Shown here: positions 17,913 to 26,671 of the stretch, in pieces
How positions within the stretch are numbered: the first letter of the stretch is position 1
Layout of the letters: the number at the start of each line of letters is the position of its first letter
Source: Anaerolineales bacterium
GTDB lineage: Bacteria; Chloroflexota; Anaerolineae; Anaerolineales; UBA4823
Direction of reading: 5' to 3'
DNA length: 57,477 nt
Assembly (NCBI GenBank): GCA_035291645.1
Contig: DATDRQ010000077.1
Span: 1 to 57,477 of the forward strand
Notes under the pieces: model-generated
Told to the model about the DNA's origin: nothing
Seen by the model: the letters and a program-made list of their open reading frames with translations, nothing else
Database searches by the model: none
Translations under genes and position numbers: made by a program

Positions 17913-19739
17913 TTCCTCGACAACTGAAAAGTCGACAATCGACTCGCCCAGCGCGCTGGCTTCGAGCACGGTCAAGGGGAAAGGCAGGTAATGCCCGCGC
18001 GGGTAGGCGAAGTTGGGGTCTTCAGCCAGGTTTAGCCGGGGGCGTGAATCGGTGAAGGCGAAGGCTTGCAGGTCGATGGTAGAGCGCACTTCCAGGTGGG
18101 TGCCATCACCCAGCTGCCAGGCGAAGCCGTCTGGTAGGCTATCTACCTGGTAGCGGTCGGCCCAACCTGGCCGGAAGCGCAGCCAGGGATCGACGACGAT
18201 GGGGATTTCTACCGGTATAGAAGCTGAAGTGCGGATTTCGACGCTTAACCCGGACGGAGTCAGGCGGAAAGTTTTTTGCACCTGCCCATCCGGCGAAGTG
18301 AGACGCATCCCATCCTGAAGGATTTCGACCTGATAGACTTCCCAGGGCGGGCGGCTATCGACGAAGGCGCCCTGGATTCCAGACGGTTCGGCGCCTTCGC
18401 CTGCGCTCAGGTCCCAATCCAGCGCATCGGAGAGGCCCACGATTAACTGTGAGGTGGGGGCGACCAGCTGGTGGATGCCAGCCGGAGTGCGGGCGAACAG
18501 CATCACCAGCCGCCCCCCGTGCGGGTCGACCACCGCCAGGGTGTTTGGGGAGGCCAGCAGGCATTCGGTCTCGCCATCCTGGTCTGGGTCGCCAGAGCAT
18601 CGAGTGACCGGTTCTGGATCCTCGGCCCAGCGCCCGGCTGCCTGCAGCAGGTCGGGCTGCCCTGAGTAGATCGCACGCAGCTGCGCCAGCTGCTCCGGCT
18701 CGGGCGGGAGCGGGGAGTACAGCGAGAGCGCCGCCTGCCAGGCAGCCAGCCGGAGGGGGTCTCGATCTCCCACGGGTGGCGCCAGATTGTCCAGGATAGG
18801 GGAATACGGTGCGAGAGACGGGGCTGAACGTCCAGCGGCTCCGACTTCGGGATGAAGAGTCTGCACGTCATCCCCGCCGAGCGGCTGGATCCAGGGGTGA
18901 GTGGCGATATAGCCCAGGACGGCTTCGGCGGTCTGTGGGTCTCCCAGCGGGCTGTCGGGCAGGCTGCCGCCTACCACTATCAGGGGGGTTGGCTCACGGC
19001 CTTGATAGGAGGCGGCGGCATGGCGCAGCAAGTCCGTTCTCAGTTCAAGGGAGAGGCCTGCGGGGTCTACTGGGGTGAGCGCGCCGGTCAGGGGAACTGG
19101 CAGGAGGGTGCGCCCTTTCCAGGAGGCTGCCCCGCCCGAAGGTAGCCGGGTGAAGATAACAGGGTAATCCGGTGCTCGATCCGGTGGGAGGCTGGGGGCG
19201 TACAGGATGCGGCTGCCGCGCAGTCCGAAGTCGAGCCCGGCTCGCCGGCTGTCTGCGATCGCCTGCGACCAGGCCCAATCCGGCAGACCGCTGGGGAAGT
19301 ATGGGTAAGCGGGTGAACCGGGCAGGGCATCCGGTAAGACGATCAACCCTTGAGCAGCCAGGTTGTGGACCTGGGGCAGCTTGCCAAGATAGTCGAGGGC
19401 AGCCAGGGAGGCTGGGCTCTTAAGGTCAAGCAGGAAGACCGGCACCTTGTAGCGGCGCACGTTCTGCAGCAGCAGTCTGAGACCGTGTCGTTCCCCGTAG
19501 GGTCCGGTGTGAGCGCCATCCCAGCGGCGCAGCGCCTGGGCAGGGGTGTAGGCCGGGAATGTGTCCCAGAAGGCCAGCAGGATTGGAGCGCGACCCGGCG
19601 GCAGGGCGTCTGAACGCAGCGGGCCGAGATTGTCGAAGGCTGCTTCCGCGCCTGAGGGGACCAGGAATGCCTGCAGGCTGAAATCGGCCTGGCCGGCCGG
19701 CAGGTTGTTGGCGTTCAGGGAGACCACCAGCGTGTCCAA
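17910..19739 (-). CDS. Large C-terminal segment of a split extracytoplasmic lipoprotein gene (function unknown)
   Basis: 609-aa ORF that begins only at a TTG and has no signal peptide. The frame is open a few codons further upstream (SRGLVRYPW). It appears to continue the ORF starting at 20217 after a 1-nt frame change near 19763-19770. Confidence 0.7.
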   Translation of the reverse strand: MDTLVVSLNANNLPAGQADFSLQAFLVPSGAEAAFDNLGPLRSDALPPGRAPILLAFWDTFPAYTPAQALRRWDGAHTGPYGERHGLRLLLQNVRRYKVPVFLLDLKSPASLAALDYLGKLPQVHNLAAQGLIVLPDALPGSPAYPYFPSGLPDWAWSQAIADSRRAGLDFGLRGSRILYAPSLPPDRAPDYPVIFTRLPSGGAASWKGRTLLPVPLTGALTPVDPAGLSLELRTDLLRHAAASYQGREPTPLIVVGGSLPDSPLGDPQTAEAVLGYIATHPWIQPLGGDDVQTLHPEVGAAGRSAPSLAPYSPILDNLAPPVGDRDPLRLAAWQAALSLYSPLPPEPEQLAQLRAIYSGQPDLLQAAGRWAEDPEPVTRCSGDPDQDGETECLLASPNTLAVVDPHGGRLVMLFARTPAGIHQLVAPTSQLIVGLSDALDWDLSAGEGAEPSGIQGAFVDSRPPWEVYQVEILQDGMRLTSPDGQVQKTFRLTPSGLSVEIRTSASIPVEIPIVVDPWLRFRPGWADRYQVDSLPDGFAWQLGDGTHLEVRSTIDLQAFAFTDSRPRLNLAEDPNFAYPRGHYLPFPLTVLEASALGESIVDFSVVEE

Positions 19740-20217
19740 CCACGGGTAGCGGACGAGGCCGCGGGATCAGGCGGGGATCGGGTAGCAGAGCGGCTCCCGG
19801 AGCGCCGGCCTGGAATGCACGGGTAGGTCCGGCTTGCGGCAAGAGCAGCAGGGTGTCCCAGTCGATCGCGCTTTCGCCCTGGAAGGGCAGGTCGCGCCGG
19901 CCGCCGGGACCGGTGTCCAGCGCCAGATAAAGGTCAAAGGAGGTCTGCAGATCGAGCTCCAGGAGGTCGAGGCGGATCTGTAGCTCATCTCCCGCCCGGC
20001 GAGTGTAGGCCGCGACCAGGTCGAAGGCGGGGATGGCATTAGAGGGTGCCTCGATTATGCGGAGATCTGCGTATAGCCAACGATCGTCTGGGGAAACGCG
20101 CGGCTGGGGCGAACAAGACGATAACAGCAGAGCGGACAGGAGCAACCCGATCGGCAGGCATATCTTCGGCAGGGTTGAGCAAGGGCTGGTCGATTTTCGG
20201 TGACGGGAGAGATGCAT
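19426..20217 (-). CDS. N-terminal segment of the same split lipoprotein gene
   Basis: ATG at 20217. Basic n-region RHRK, h-region LPIGLLLSALLL and lipobox LSSC. The sequence looks protein-like down to ~19765 (..GAALLPDPRLI). After that it becomes Pro/Arg/Gly-rich read-through overlapping the 17910..19739 frame. Confidence 0.55.
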   Translation of the reverse strand: MHLSRHRKSTSPCSTLPKICLPIGLLLSALLLSSCSPQPRVSPDDRWLYADLRIIEAPSNAIPAFDLVAAYTRRAGDELQIRLDLLELDLQTSFDLYLALDTGPGGRRDLPFQGESAIDWDTLLLLPQAGPTRAFQAGAPGAALLPDPRLIPRPRPLPVVGHAGGLPERQQPAGRPGRFQPAGIPGPLRRGSSLRQSRPAAFRRPAAGSRSNPAGLLGHIPGLHPCPGAAPLGWRSHRTLRGTTRSQTAAAERAPLQGAGLPA

Positions 20218-20629
20218 CCGCAGGATCCGGTCTTTCCAGACAGGAGGTTTACCAGGCGGGTCAACTTGCGAAACTGCAAGCGCTTTCCATTTTGCCAGGT
20301 GGTACAATTCTAACGCATCTGGATTGACGACCGCGCAGGATTTTAATAACTCCACCACGCATATCCGAGGGATCGACCGCCGAGCCGGTGGTCGAGGCTT
20401 CGAAAAGGCAAACCTATCGTGAGATGGGGACGCAAAGCCAAGGATCTCTGCCGAGATAGCCTGGCTGCCGATGAGCTCATCGTCGTTTTTGAGGCAAATT
20501 GTGCAGGAGGTCGGCTGGAGACAGCCTGGTTACCGAAAAGTCTGGCTTGAGGAGGCGAGAACCTGCTCTCATCAAGAAAGGCTTTTTTATTTTAGGCATT
20601 GTTATCTTTCTGTAGGGAGGGTTGAGCAA

Positions 20630-22105
20630 GTGAACGCAGCTCGCAAAACTGCCTGGTTCACAGTGCTGATCATCCTTTCCCAACTGCTCATCGCCTGCGG
20701 GGGGGATGACGGCCTGCCAAGGGGTCAGGTTCGAGGACCCAACGATCAGACCGGTTATTCATTCGTTGCGCCCCAGCAAAGCACCTACCCGGTTGATCCG
20801 GTGTTCGAGGATTTTTATGAATACTTGGGCGGAGAAGCTCGCCTGGGTCCGGCAATTTCCGCGGCGGGAGGGTCCGCGAGCCAGAAACAGCAATTCGTTC
20901 AGGCGGCTCTGCTGGTCTATGACAGCCTGGCCCCGGAAAGCGAGCGTTTTGGCCTGGCTCCCTTGGGGAGACAGTTTAATTCGGGTCAGGGGCGAACGGG
21001 TGGAACCCTGGAGATATTGGACGGCACGCAGGGCAATTTTCGCGTCTCTCCAGAATTCCTGTCGTTGTATGAGGCCATCGGCGGGGCCCGTTTTACCGGC
21101 CCGACGCTTGGAGAGGCGCGTTATAATCCTGACAAGGCGCGCTGGGAGCAATATTTCGAAAACCTGGGTTTTTACCGCCTGGACCAGGATGAACAGGTCC
21201 GCTTAATGGCATACGGCGCCTCAGCTTGCGACTTTCGCTGCCGCTACCGCCCCCCGGCAGACAGCCTCCCCAACCGGACAGGCGTCATGCCCGAACCTTT
21301 CGCCGGGCGAGTAAAAGTCCTGGGCCAGTCCTTCACCGGATCCCTGCTGGTAGGGCCGCGCATGGCGGCAGACGGGCAGCAGGAGGTCATCTTCGAGAAC
21401 CTGGTGCTGGTAATCGACCGGTCCAGCCTGGTCGGGGTCGCCGCCAGACCGCTCCCGGAAGTGGTCGGCATCCAGTCACAACCGCCGGTCCCGCGTGACC
21501 CGGATCCTTTAATGGTGTTTTACCCGTTGAAGGGCAATCTAGGTCACAACGTGCCGCAATATTTCGAAACCTACCTGGAGCAGCATGGCGGCCTGGCTGT
21601 GTCCGGCCTGCCGACCAGCGAGGTGACCGTAGTCCAACCCGGGTTCTACCGGCAATGCTTCACGAACCTGTGCCTGGATTTCGACCTGACCGCCGCAGAA
21701 GGAAACCAACTCTTCCCGACTCCGTTGGGCGCAGTGTATCGAGATATCGCGGTCGAGCCGCTGGTCAGTTTCGAACAAACCCAGTCGCTGGAGGGCATCG
21801 ACCTGCAGATCTGGGAGGGACGCACCTTTGTTTCTTCTGAGGAGATCCAGCAAGTGCACGTCGCCGTGTTCGAGGACGGCCTGCCCTTAAAGAATCGCGA
21901 GCCGGTGATCAGCCTGGCGCTTCCGGATGGCAGCCAGCTGCGCTACCACTTTCCTCCGACCGGGGAGGACGGTCTGTCATCCCTTTCCCTGCCGGCGATA
22001 GCGGCCTCCAGCGGGACATTGATCGCCTACCAGGTCTGCCTGAACGGGCTGGCCGGGGAGAAGGCTTGCGTGAGTGATAATTTCATGATCTGGAATCACC
22101 CATGA
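20630..22105 (+). CDS. Lipoprotein with three LGFP-like repeats (paralogue 1)
   Basis: GTG at 20630, 10 nt after GGGAGG. Lipobox LIAC. Three modules of the type F/Y..Y...GG....G.P (FYEYLGGEARLGPAIS, LYEAIGGARFTGPTLGEA, YLEQHGGLAVSGLPTSE). Paired Cys residues. Ends IWNHP. Confidence 0.8.
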   Translation: MNAARKTAWFTVLIILSQLLIACGGDDGLPRGQVRGPNDQTGYSFVAPQQSTYPVDPVFEDFYEYLGGEARLGPAISAAGGSASQKQQFVQAALLVYDSLAPESERFGLAPLGRQFNSGQGRTGGTLEILDGTQGNFRVSPEFLSLYEAIGGARFTGPTLGEARYNPDKARWEQYFENLGFYRLDQDEQVRLMAYGASACDFRCRYRPPADSLPNRTGVMPEPFAGRVKVLGQSFTGSLLVGPRMAADGQQEVIFENLVLVIDRSSLVGVAARPLPEVVGIQSQPPVPRDPDPLMVFYPLKGNLGHNVPQYFETYLEQHGGLAVSGLPTSEVTVVQPGFYRQCFTNLCLDFDLTAAEGNQLFPTPLGAVYRDIAVEPLVSFEQTQSLEGIDLQIWEGRTFVSSEEIQQVHVAVFEDGLPLKNREPVISLALPDGSQLRYHFPPTGEDGLSSLSLPAIAASSGTLIAYQVCLNGLAGEKACVSDNFMIWNHP

Positions 22106-23775
22106 GCAGGACAGGGATCCTCCAGGTCTTGATCTCGAAGACCGCGCTGGCCCTCATCCTGCTCGGGCTGACCGCCTGCAACTTTCCTTTCACTGAAAAA
22201 CCCGCTGGAGAGACGCAAACTCCGCCGGTGAATTCGCTGGTCGAATCATTCCCAATCGACCCTCTTTTCAAGGATTTTTATGAATACCTGGGCGGCGAGG
22301 CCGTGCTCGGAGCGGCGATCTCTCCGGCGATCCCACTCGGGAACATCCAATCTCAGTACCTCGAATCAGCCTTGCTGCTGTACGACCCGCTGGCAACCGA
22401 GAGCGACCGGTTCACACTGGCTCCCCTGGGCGTCTACCTGGGTATCTCGGAAGAGCCGCTGCCGGATCCTGGACAACCGGAAGTGCGCTATACCAACGGG
22501 CACGTCATCTACGATGAGTTCGTCCCTTTCTACGAGCAGCTGGGTGGGGCGCGCTTCGTTGGCCGGCCGCTGACGGAAGCGCGTCACAATCCGGCGAAGC
22601 TGCGCATCGAGCAGTACTTCGAAAACCTGGGTTTCTACCGGCTGCAAGGCGATCCACCCGGCAAGGTGCGATTGATCGCCTACGGGGCTTATTCCTGCGA
22701 CCAGCGCTGCCGGCACCCATCCGTAGCATCCAGCATCCCCAGCCTGCACGGTTTTCTGCCGGGACCTTTCGCCAAAACCGCCTCCTTTCTAGGGTTGGGA
22801 TTCACCGGCCTGACCCTGAGCGAGCCCTACCGCAACCGCGAAGGGCAAATGGAGGTGATCTTCCAGAACCTGGTGATGGTACTGGAGCCGGAGCAGGTCG
22901 GGCAAGCGGCTGCTTCCCAATATTCGATCCGGCTGCTCCTGCCAGCCGTTTTCTTTGGCGATCGGCCAGCCGCGCCGGCGAGCGCGCCTTCCCTGGCGGA
23001 ACGCCTGTGGGTGCCGTTGTCGCTGCGGGTCGGGCTGAGTTCTGCAACGGCGACACCGGGGGGGTTGCCGGTCGTGGAGATCGAGACCGCCGAGACAACC
23101 TTCCTGGTTTCCTTCAAGCCGATCGTCGAAATACTCGGCATTCTCCGGCAGCCTCCAGTCAGGGAGAAAGCGGATCCATTGCTGGTATTCTACCCGACCG
23201 GGGAGGGAAAAGGCTATCACGTCCCTGTTTACTTCGACCAGTACCTGCGGCGCTACGGTGGCAGCGCCGTGTCCGGCGATCCGATCACCGAAGCCTTCCC
23301 GATCAGCGGCGGCATCTTCCGGCAGTGTTTTATAAACCTGTGCCTGGATTTCGATCCCGGCGCTCCGGCTGGCAGGCAGCTGCGCCCGGCGCCACTCGGG
23401 GCAGAATACGAAGCTCGTTTTCACCTGGACACCGGGACCGGCTGGAAAGCCGATCGCCAGGGCCCCGTTCAGTTGAAAGTCTGGGAAGACCAGGCCTTTG
23501 TACCCCCGTGGGAGGGTCCGGTGATTTACGCCGGCTTGAGCCAGGCCGGCCAACCGCTCGGCGGGCGTAAACTGGAACTGACCCTGACTCTACCGGACAA
23601 CAGCCGGCAGGCCCATGCGCTGCCACAGACCGACTCCCAGGGACAGACCTCGATCCGGCTGCCTGCCATACAAGCTCCCAACGGCACACTGGTCCCCTAT
23701 TGGGTTTGTCTGGCAGAGGGCACAGGTGCGAACACCTGCATCGAAGATCACTATCTGATCTGGAATTATCCATAA
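22102..23775 (+). CDS. Lipoprotein with three LGFP-like repeats (paralogue 2)
   Basis: ATGA overlap with paralogue 1. Lipobox LTAC. Alignable to paralogue 1 over its whole length, with a ~70-aa insertion. Ends IWNYP. Confidence 0.85.
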   Translation: MSRTGILQVLISKTALALILLGLTACNFPFTEKPAGETQTPPVNSLVESFPIDPLFKDFYEYLGGEAVLGAAISPAIPLGNIQSQYLESALLLYDPLATESDRFTLAPLGVYLGISEEPLPDPGQPEVRYTNGHVIYDEFVPFYEQLGGARFVGRPLTEARHNPAKLRIEQYFENLGFYRLQGDPPGKVRLIAYGAYSCDQRCRHPSVASSIPSLHGFLPGPFAKTASFLGLGFTGLTLSEPYRNREGQMEVIFQNLVMVLEPEQVGQAAASQYSIRLLLPAVFFGDRPAAPASAPSLAERLWVPLSLRVGLSSATATPGGLPVVEIETAETTFLVSFKPIVEILGILRQPPVREKADPLLVFYPTGEGKGYHVPVYFDQYLRRYGGSAVSGDPITEAFPISGGIFRQCFINLCLDFDPGAPAGRQLRPAPLGAEYEARFHLDTGTGWKADRQGPVQLKVWEDQAFVPPWEGPVIYAGLSQAGQPLGGRKLELTLTLPDNSRQAHALPQTDSQGQTSIRLPAIQAPNGTLVPYWVCLAEGTGANTCIEDHYLIWNYP

Positions 23776-23797
23776 AGGAATCCCGATTCGAATCGAA

Positions 23798-23829
23798 GGG
23801 CTGCCTGCATCAGACAGGCAGCCCTTTTT
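23798..23829 (+). terminator. Strong intrinsic terminator between convergent operons
   Basis: GGGCTGCCTG, a 7-nt loop, CAGGCAGCCC, then TTTTT. Sits between the stops at 23775 (+) and 23855 (-). Confidence 0.8.
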
Positions 23830-23854
23830 ACAAATTTGCCTGGGTCAAAGCGGA

Positions 23855-26662
23855 TTAGCGCGAGACCACCATCTTGATCACCTGGCCCTGGCTGTCGAGG
23901 GTCAGGCGGGCGTAATGATGGTGGATAAGCGTCCCGCTGGACTCGGCCGCGTCAGCAACGACCTGCTTGCTGAGCGTCACCACGCTGGATACAGGCGCCG
24001 TTTCTTTCCATTTCCCTGATTTCGCCTGGAAGGTCGAGGTGGCGCAATGGTGACCTATCCCTGTGCAGGTGGACTTGCTCTGGCAGTATGACAGGCTGGC
24101 GTCCAGCATGCCGGGCAGGTACTGCTCGACGGCTTTCTTGATCTTGTCCAGGGTTTCGGAGGGGATAGGGGGTGGTTGTTGCAGGGTGTGGGCGACCGGC
24201 ATGCCGTTCTCCGGGGAGATAGCCGCTCGATCACAGACGGTCTTGACGTGGGCAGGCGGGTGAAGCGGGCGCAGGATCTGCTTCGCGCGCGGGTTGGGAT
24301 CGGAGATCGTCCCTAGCGGATCTCCAAACAACACGAAGGAGATCAGTGTCTTTTGATCCTCGCCGTCCAGGTATCCCTGGCGGCGGTGCATCTCACGCGC
24401 CAGGTGGATCTTCGCCCGGCGCAGCGCTTCCCCGGCGGGCAGGTTCTCGCGCAAGAACTTCCAAAAAGCATGACCCAGCAGGTCGCCGGCGATCAGAGGG
24501 GTAGTGATGGCGCCGTAGGAGGTACAGGTCGAACCGACCACGGCCTGGCTGCCAGAGGAGAGGAATTTGAGCGCCAGGGCTTCCTCGATGCCCTTGCCGT
24601 AGATGTGCGCACCATAGCAGGCCTCGCTGAACACGATCTGGGGCGCCCGGCCGCCGTTGACGACGTCTTGAGGGCGCAGGGCGACCGGGTAATCGGGCTG
24701 GTCGGCGGGGTCGCTCGGGTCGCGCTGCCCGTACCACTCGCTGGCGTCCGGCAAACCGTGCAGGTTGAAATAGGTCAGGCGGGAGGGTGGGATCAATCCT
24801 TGCCTGGGTGGTTTGCCGTTCTTCCCGATAGCCTGTGCTGGAGGCGAAACGAGCATCGAACCCGGATCGCCGATCGGCCGGTAGACCGACAGGGAAGCCC
24901 GGCGCCAGACGGCTGCGGTGTACCCCCAGCTGGGGCGGGGGCGTGAGCGCCTGAAGAGGCGGCTGCGCAGGTTGGTCCACCAGCGAACCCGGCGCGGGCG
25001 CGTGCGGGCGATTTGCTTATGGTAGCCGGCGATCTGACCCAACATTTTGACCAGCGGGGCGGGGTCCCCTTTGCTGCCGGCTGGCAGGCGTCCGACCGGC
25101 CATTCCGGGATGAAGTAGTTTTCGTCGCGGGTGGCGTAAGGATTATCAGAGGGGACGTCGGCGTCGTCGTCGTCGACCGGATTGGGAAGCTTGTGAAACG
25201 GGACGACTTCAGGCCCTCCCACGATCAACAAGGCGCCAATCATTTCCCCATGATGAGCCAGGTTAGCGTCGAGATCGACCAGCGCCAGCTTCAACGACCA
25301 CGGATCGGCTGGCTGGGCAGGCTCTAACTGGAAAGCGCCCATACACTCGGGGTCGTCTGCATAGAGCAGGATTGCGTTCCAATCCCGCCGGGCAGCCACC
25401 GAATCGCGCAAACGTTTGAGCGCCTCGTCGACCTCTTCCATGTGCTCGTCCCCGTATTGCCGGGCGAGCCCATAGCGGGTTGCCAGGAGGACGTACACGG
25501 GGAAGCGCCCGTCGGTGCGGGCCAGCGGACCACGCCCCAGGCTGCTGGCGATCCGCTCCAGTTCGGCCTGCACCGAACGCAAGGTTTCTGGCAGGGCCTG
25601 TACAGGCGCCCCAAGGCGCGTATCCTGTGTCTCAGGCTCCGGCGGGGGAGTGATCAAAGTCGCAGCCAGGGCGGCGTCTACGTATCCCTTTACCGCCCAG
25701 GCGGGACGGGTGGCGGCCTGTGATACTGCGCTCCGGCGGGTGCCCATCAGGACGGTATCGCCCGTGATCGCCGCTGCCTGAGTCACCTGGATTGGTTGGG
25801 TGGCAGCAGGGTCGACCGACCCGGAGGACAGACGGTTCCAACCCAAGGGGGCGGCCACCTCTGCCGGAACCGGGATCACCCAGGGGACTTCCAGAATGTC
25901 TGGCCACAGGTCCCGGTAAGGGTGTTGCCCTCCCCACAGCCGGGTTGCGACCTGACCGGTCACATCCTGTGCGGCAGCCTGGTGCAGTAAGGCTACCCCG
26001 CGCTCCGCCTGACCGGCTTCCATCAGCGCCTCGGCCAGCACCAGCGCAGGCACCAGGCACTCCGGAAAACGCTCGTGGTAGAAATCCGCCAGGTCATGCA
26101 CGGCGCGCGGTGGTAGGTTCATCAATGCAGCGGCTTGCAGGTGGCTGACTGCGACCAGAGCCGGGGCTGATTCTACTAACATCGCCCGGTGGACCAGCTG
26201 CTCGGCTTGATCTGCACGACCCGCGACTATGGCCTGGCGCGCCTGGTGCAACGCCTGCGCCCAGGCCGGGGGCAGGATGGGGCTATCTGCCTGGCTGCCC
26301 AGGGCAAATAAGGCTGCCCGGCAATCCGCGATTTGATAGCCAGAAGCCGACTGGAGCAGGTCAGCCTCTTTCTGGCGTTGCACAACCTCCGCCAGCAATT
26401 CCCAGGCCTGTAAGTCCTCCGGATCGATGCGGCAGGCTCGGTCCAGCAGTTGGCGGGCTTCATTGTACAGGCGCGCCGTTATCAAGACCCGGGCGTATAG
26501 CCGGTTTACCGGCAGGTCGCCTGGGTAATGTGCCAGCCATCCCAGTGCGGCCTGGCGGGCGAAGCGCAAGCTATTGGTCGACAGCGCCGTCCGCAGCAGG
26601 GTGACCAGCTCGGAGCGCGCCAGGATTTTCCGGGTGTAGATTGCAGAAGGCGATTCGCTCAT
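23855..26662 (-). CDS. TPR-repeat protein with a clan-CD (peptidase C25/caspase-like) cysteine peptidase domain and a small C-terminal beta-rich module
   Basis: 935 aa with no signal peptide. N-terminal TPR-like helices. LLIVGGPEVVPFHKL..VPSDNPYA..FIPEWPVGRLP resembles the C25 N-lobe. Candidate dyad His in YFNLHG (24758-24760) and Cys in VFSEACYG (24617-24619), 47 residues apart. Confidence 0.75.
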   Translation of the reverse strand: MSESPSAIYTRKILARSELVTLLRTALSTNSLRFARQAALGWLAHYPGDLPVNRLYARVLITARLYNEARQLLDRACRIDPEDLQAWELLAEVVQRQKEADLLQSASGYQIADCRAALFALGSQADSPILPPAWAQALHQARQAIVAGRADQAEQLVHRAMLVESAPALVAVSHLQAAALMNLPPRAVHDLADFYHERFPECLVPALVLAEALMEAGQAERGVALLHQAAAQDVTGQVATRLWGGQHPYRDLWPDILEVPWVIPVPAEVAAPLGWNRLSSGSVDPAATQPIQVTQAAAITGDTVLMGTRRSAVSQAATRPAWAVKGYVDAALAATLITPPPEPETQDTRLGAPVQALPETLRSVQAELERIASSLGRGPLARTDGRFPVYVLLATRYGLARQYGDEHMEEVDEALKRLRDSVAARRDWNAILLYADDPECMGAFQLEPAQPADPWSLKLALVDLDANLAHHGEMIGALLIVGGPEVVPFHKLPNPVDDDDADVPSDNPYATRDENYFIPEWPVGRLPAGSKGDPAPLVKMLGQIAGYHKQIARTRPRRVRWWTNLRSRLFRRSRPRPSWGYTAAVWRRASLSVYRPIGDPGSMLVSPPAQAIGKNGKPPRQGLIPPSRLTYFNLHGLPDASEWYGQRDPSDPADQPDYPVALRPQDVVNGGRAPQIVFSEACYGAHIYGKGIEEALALKFLSSGSQAVVGSTCTSYGAITTPLIAGDLLGHAFWKFLRENLPAGEALRRAKIHLAREMHRRQGYLDGEDQKTLISFVLFGDPLGTISDPNPRAKQILRPLHPPAHVKTVCDRAAISPENGMPVAHTLQQPPPIPSETLDKIKKAVEQYLPGMLDASLSYCQSKSTCTGIGHHCATSTFQAKSGKWKETAPVSSVVTLSKQVVADAAESSGTLIHHHYARLTLDSQGQVIKMVVSR

Positions 26663-26671
26663 AATATCCGT

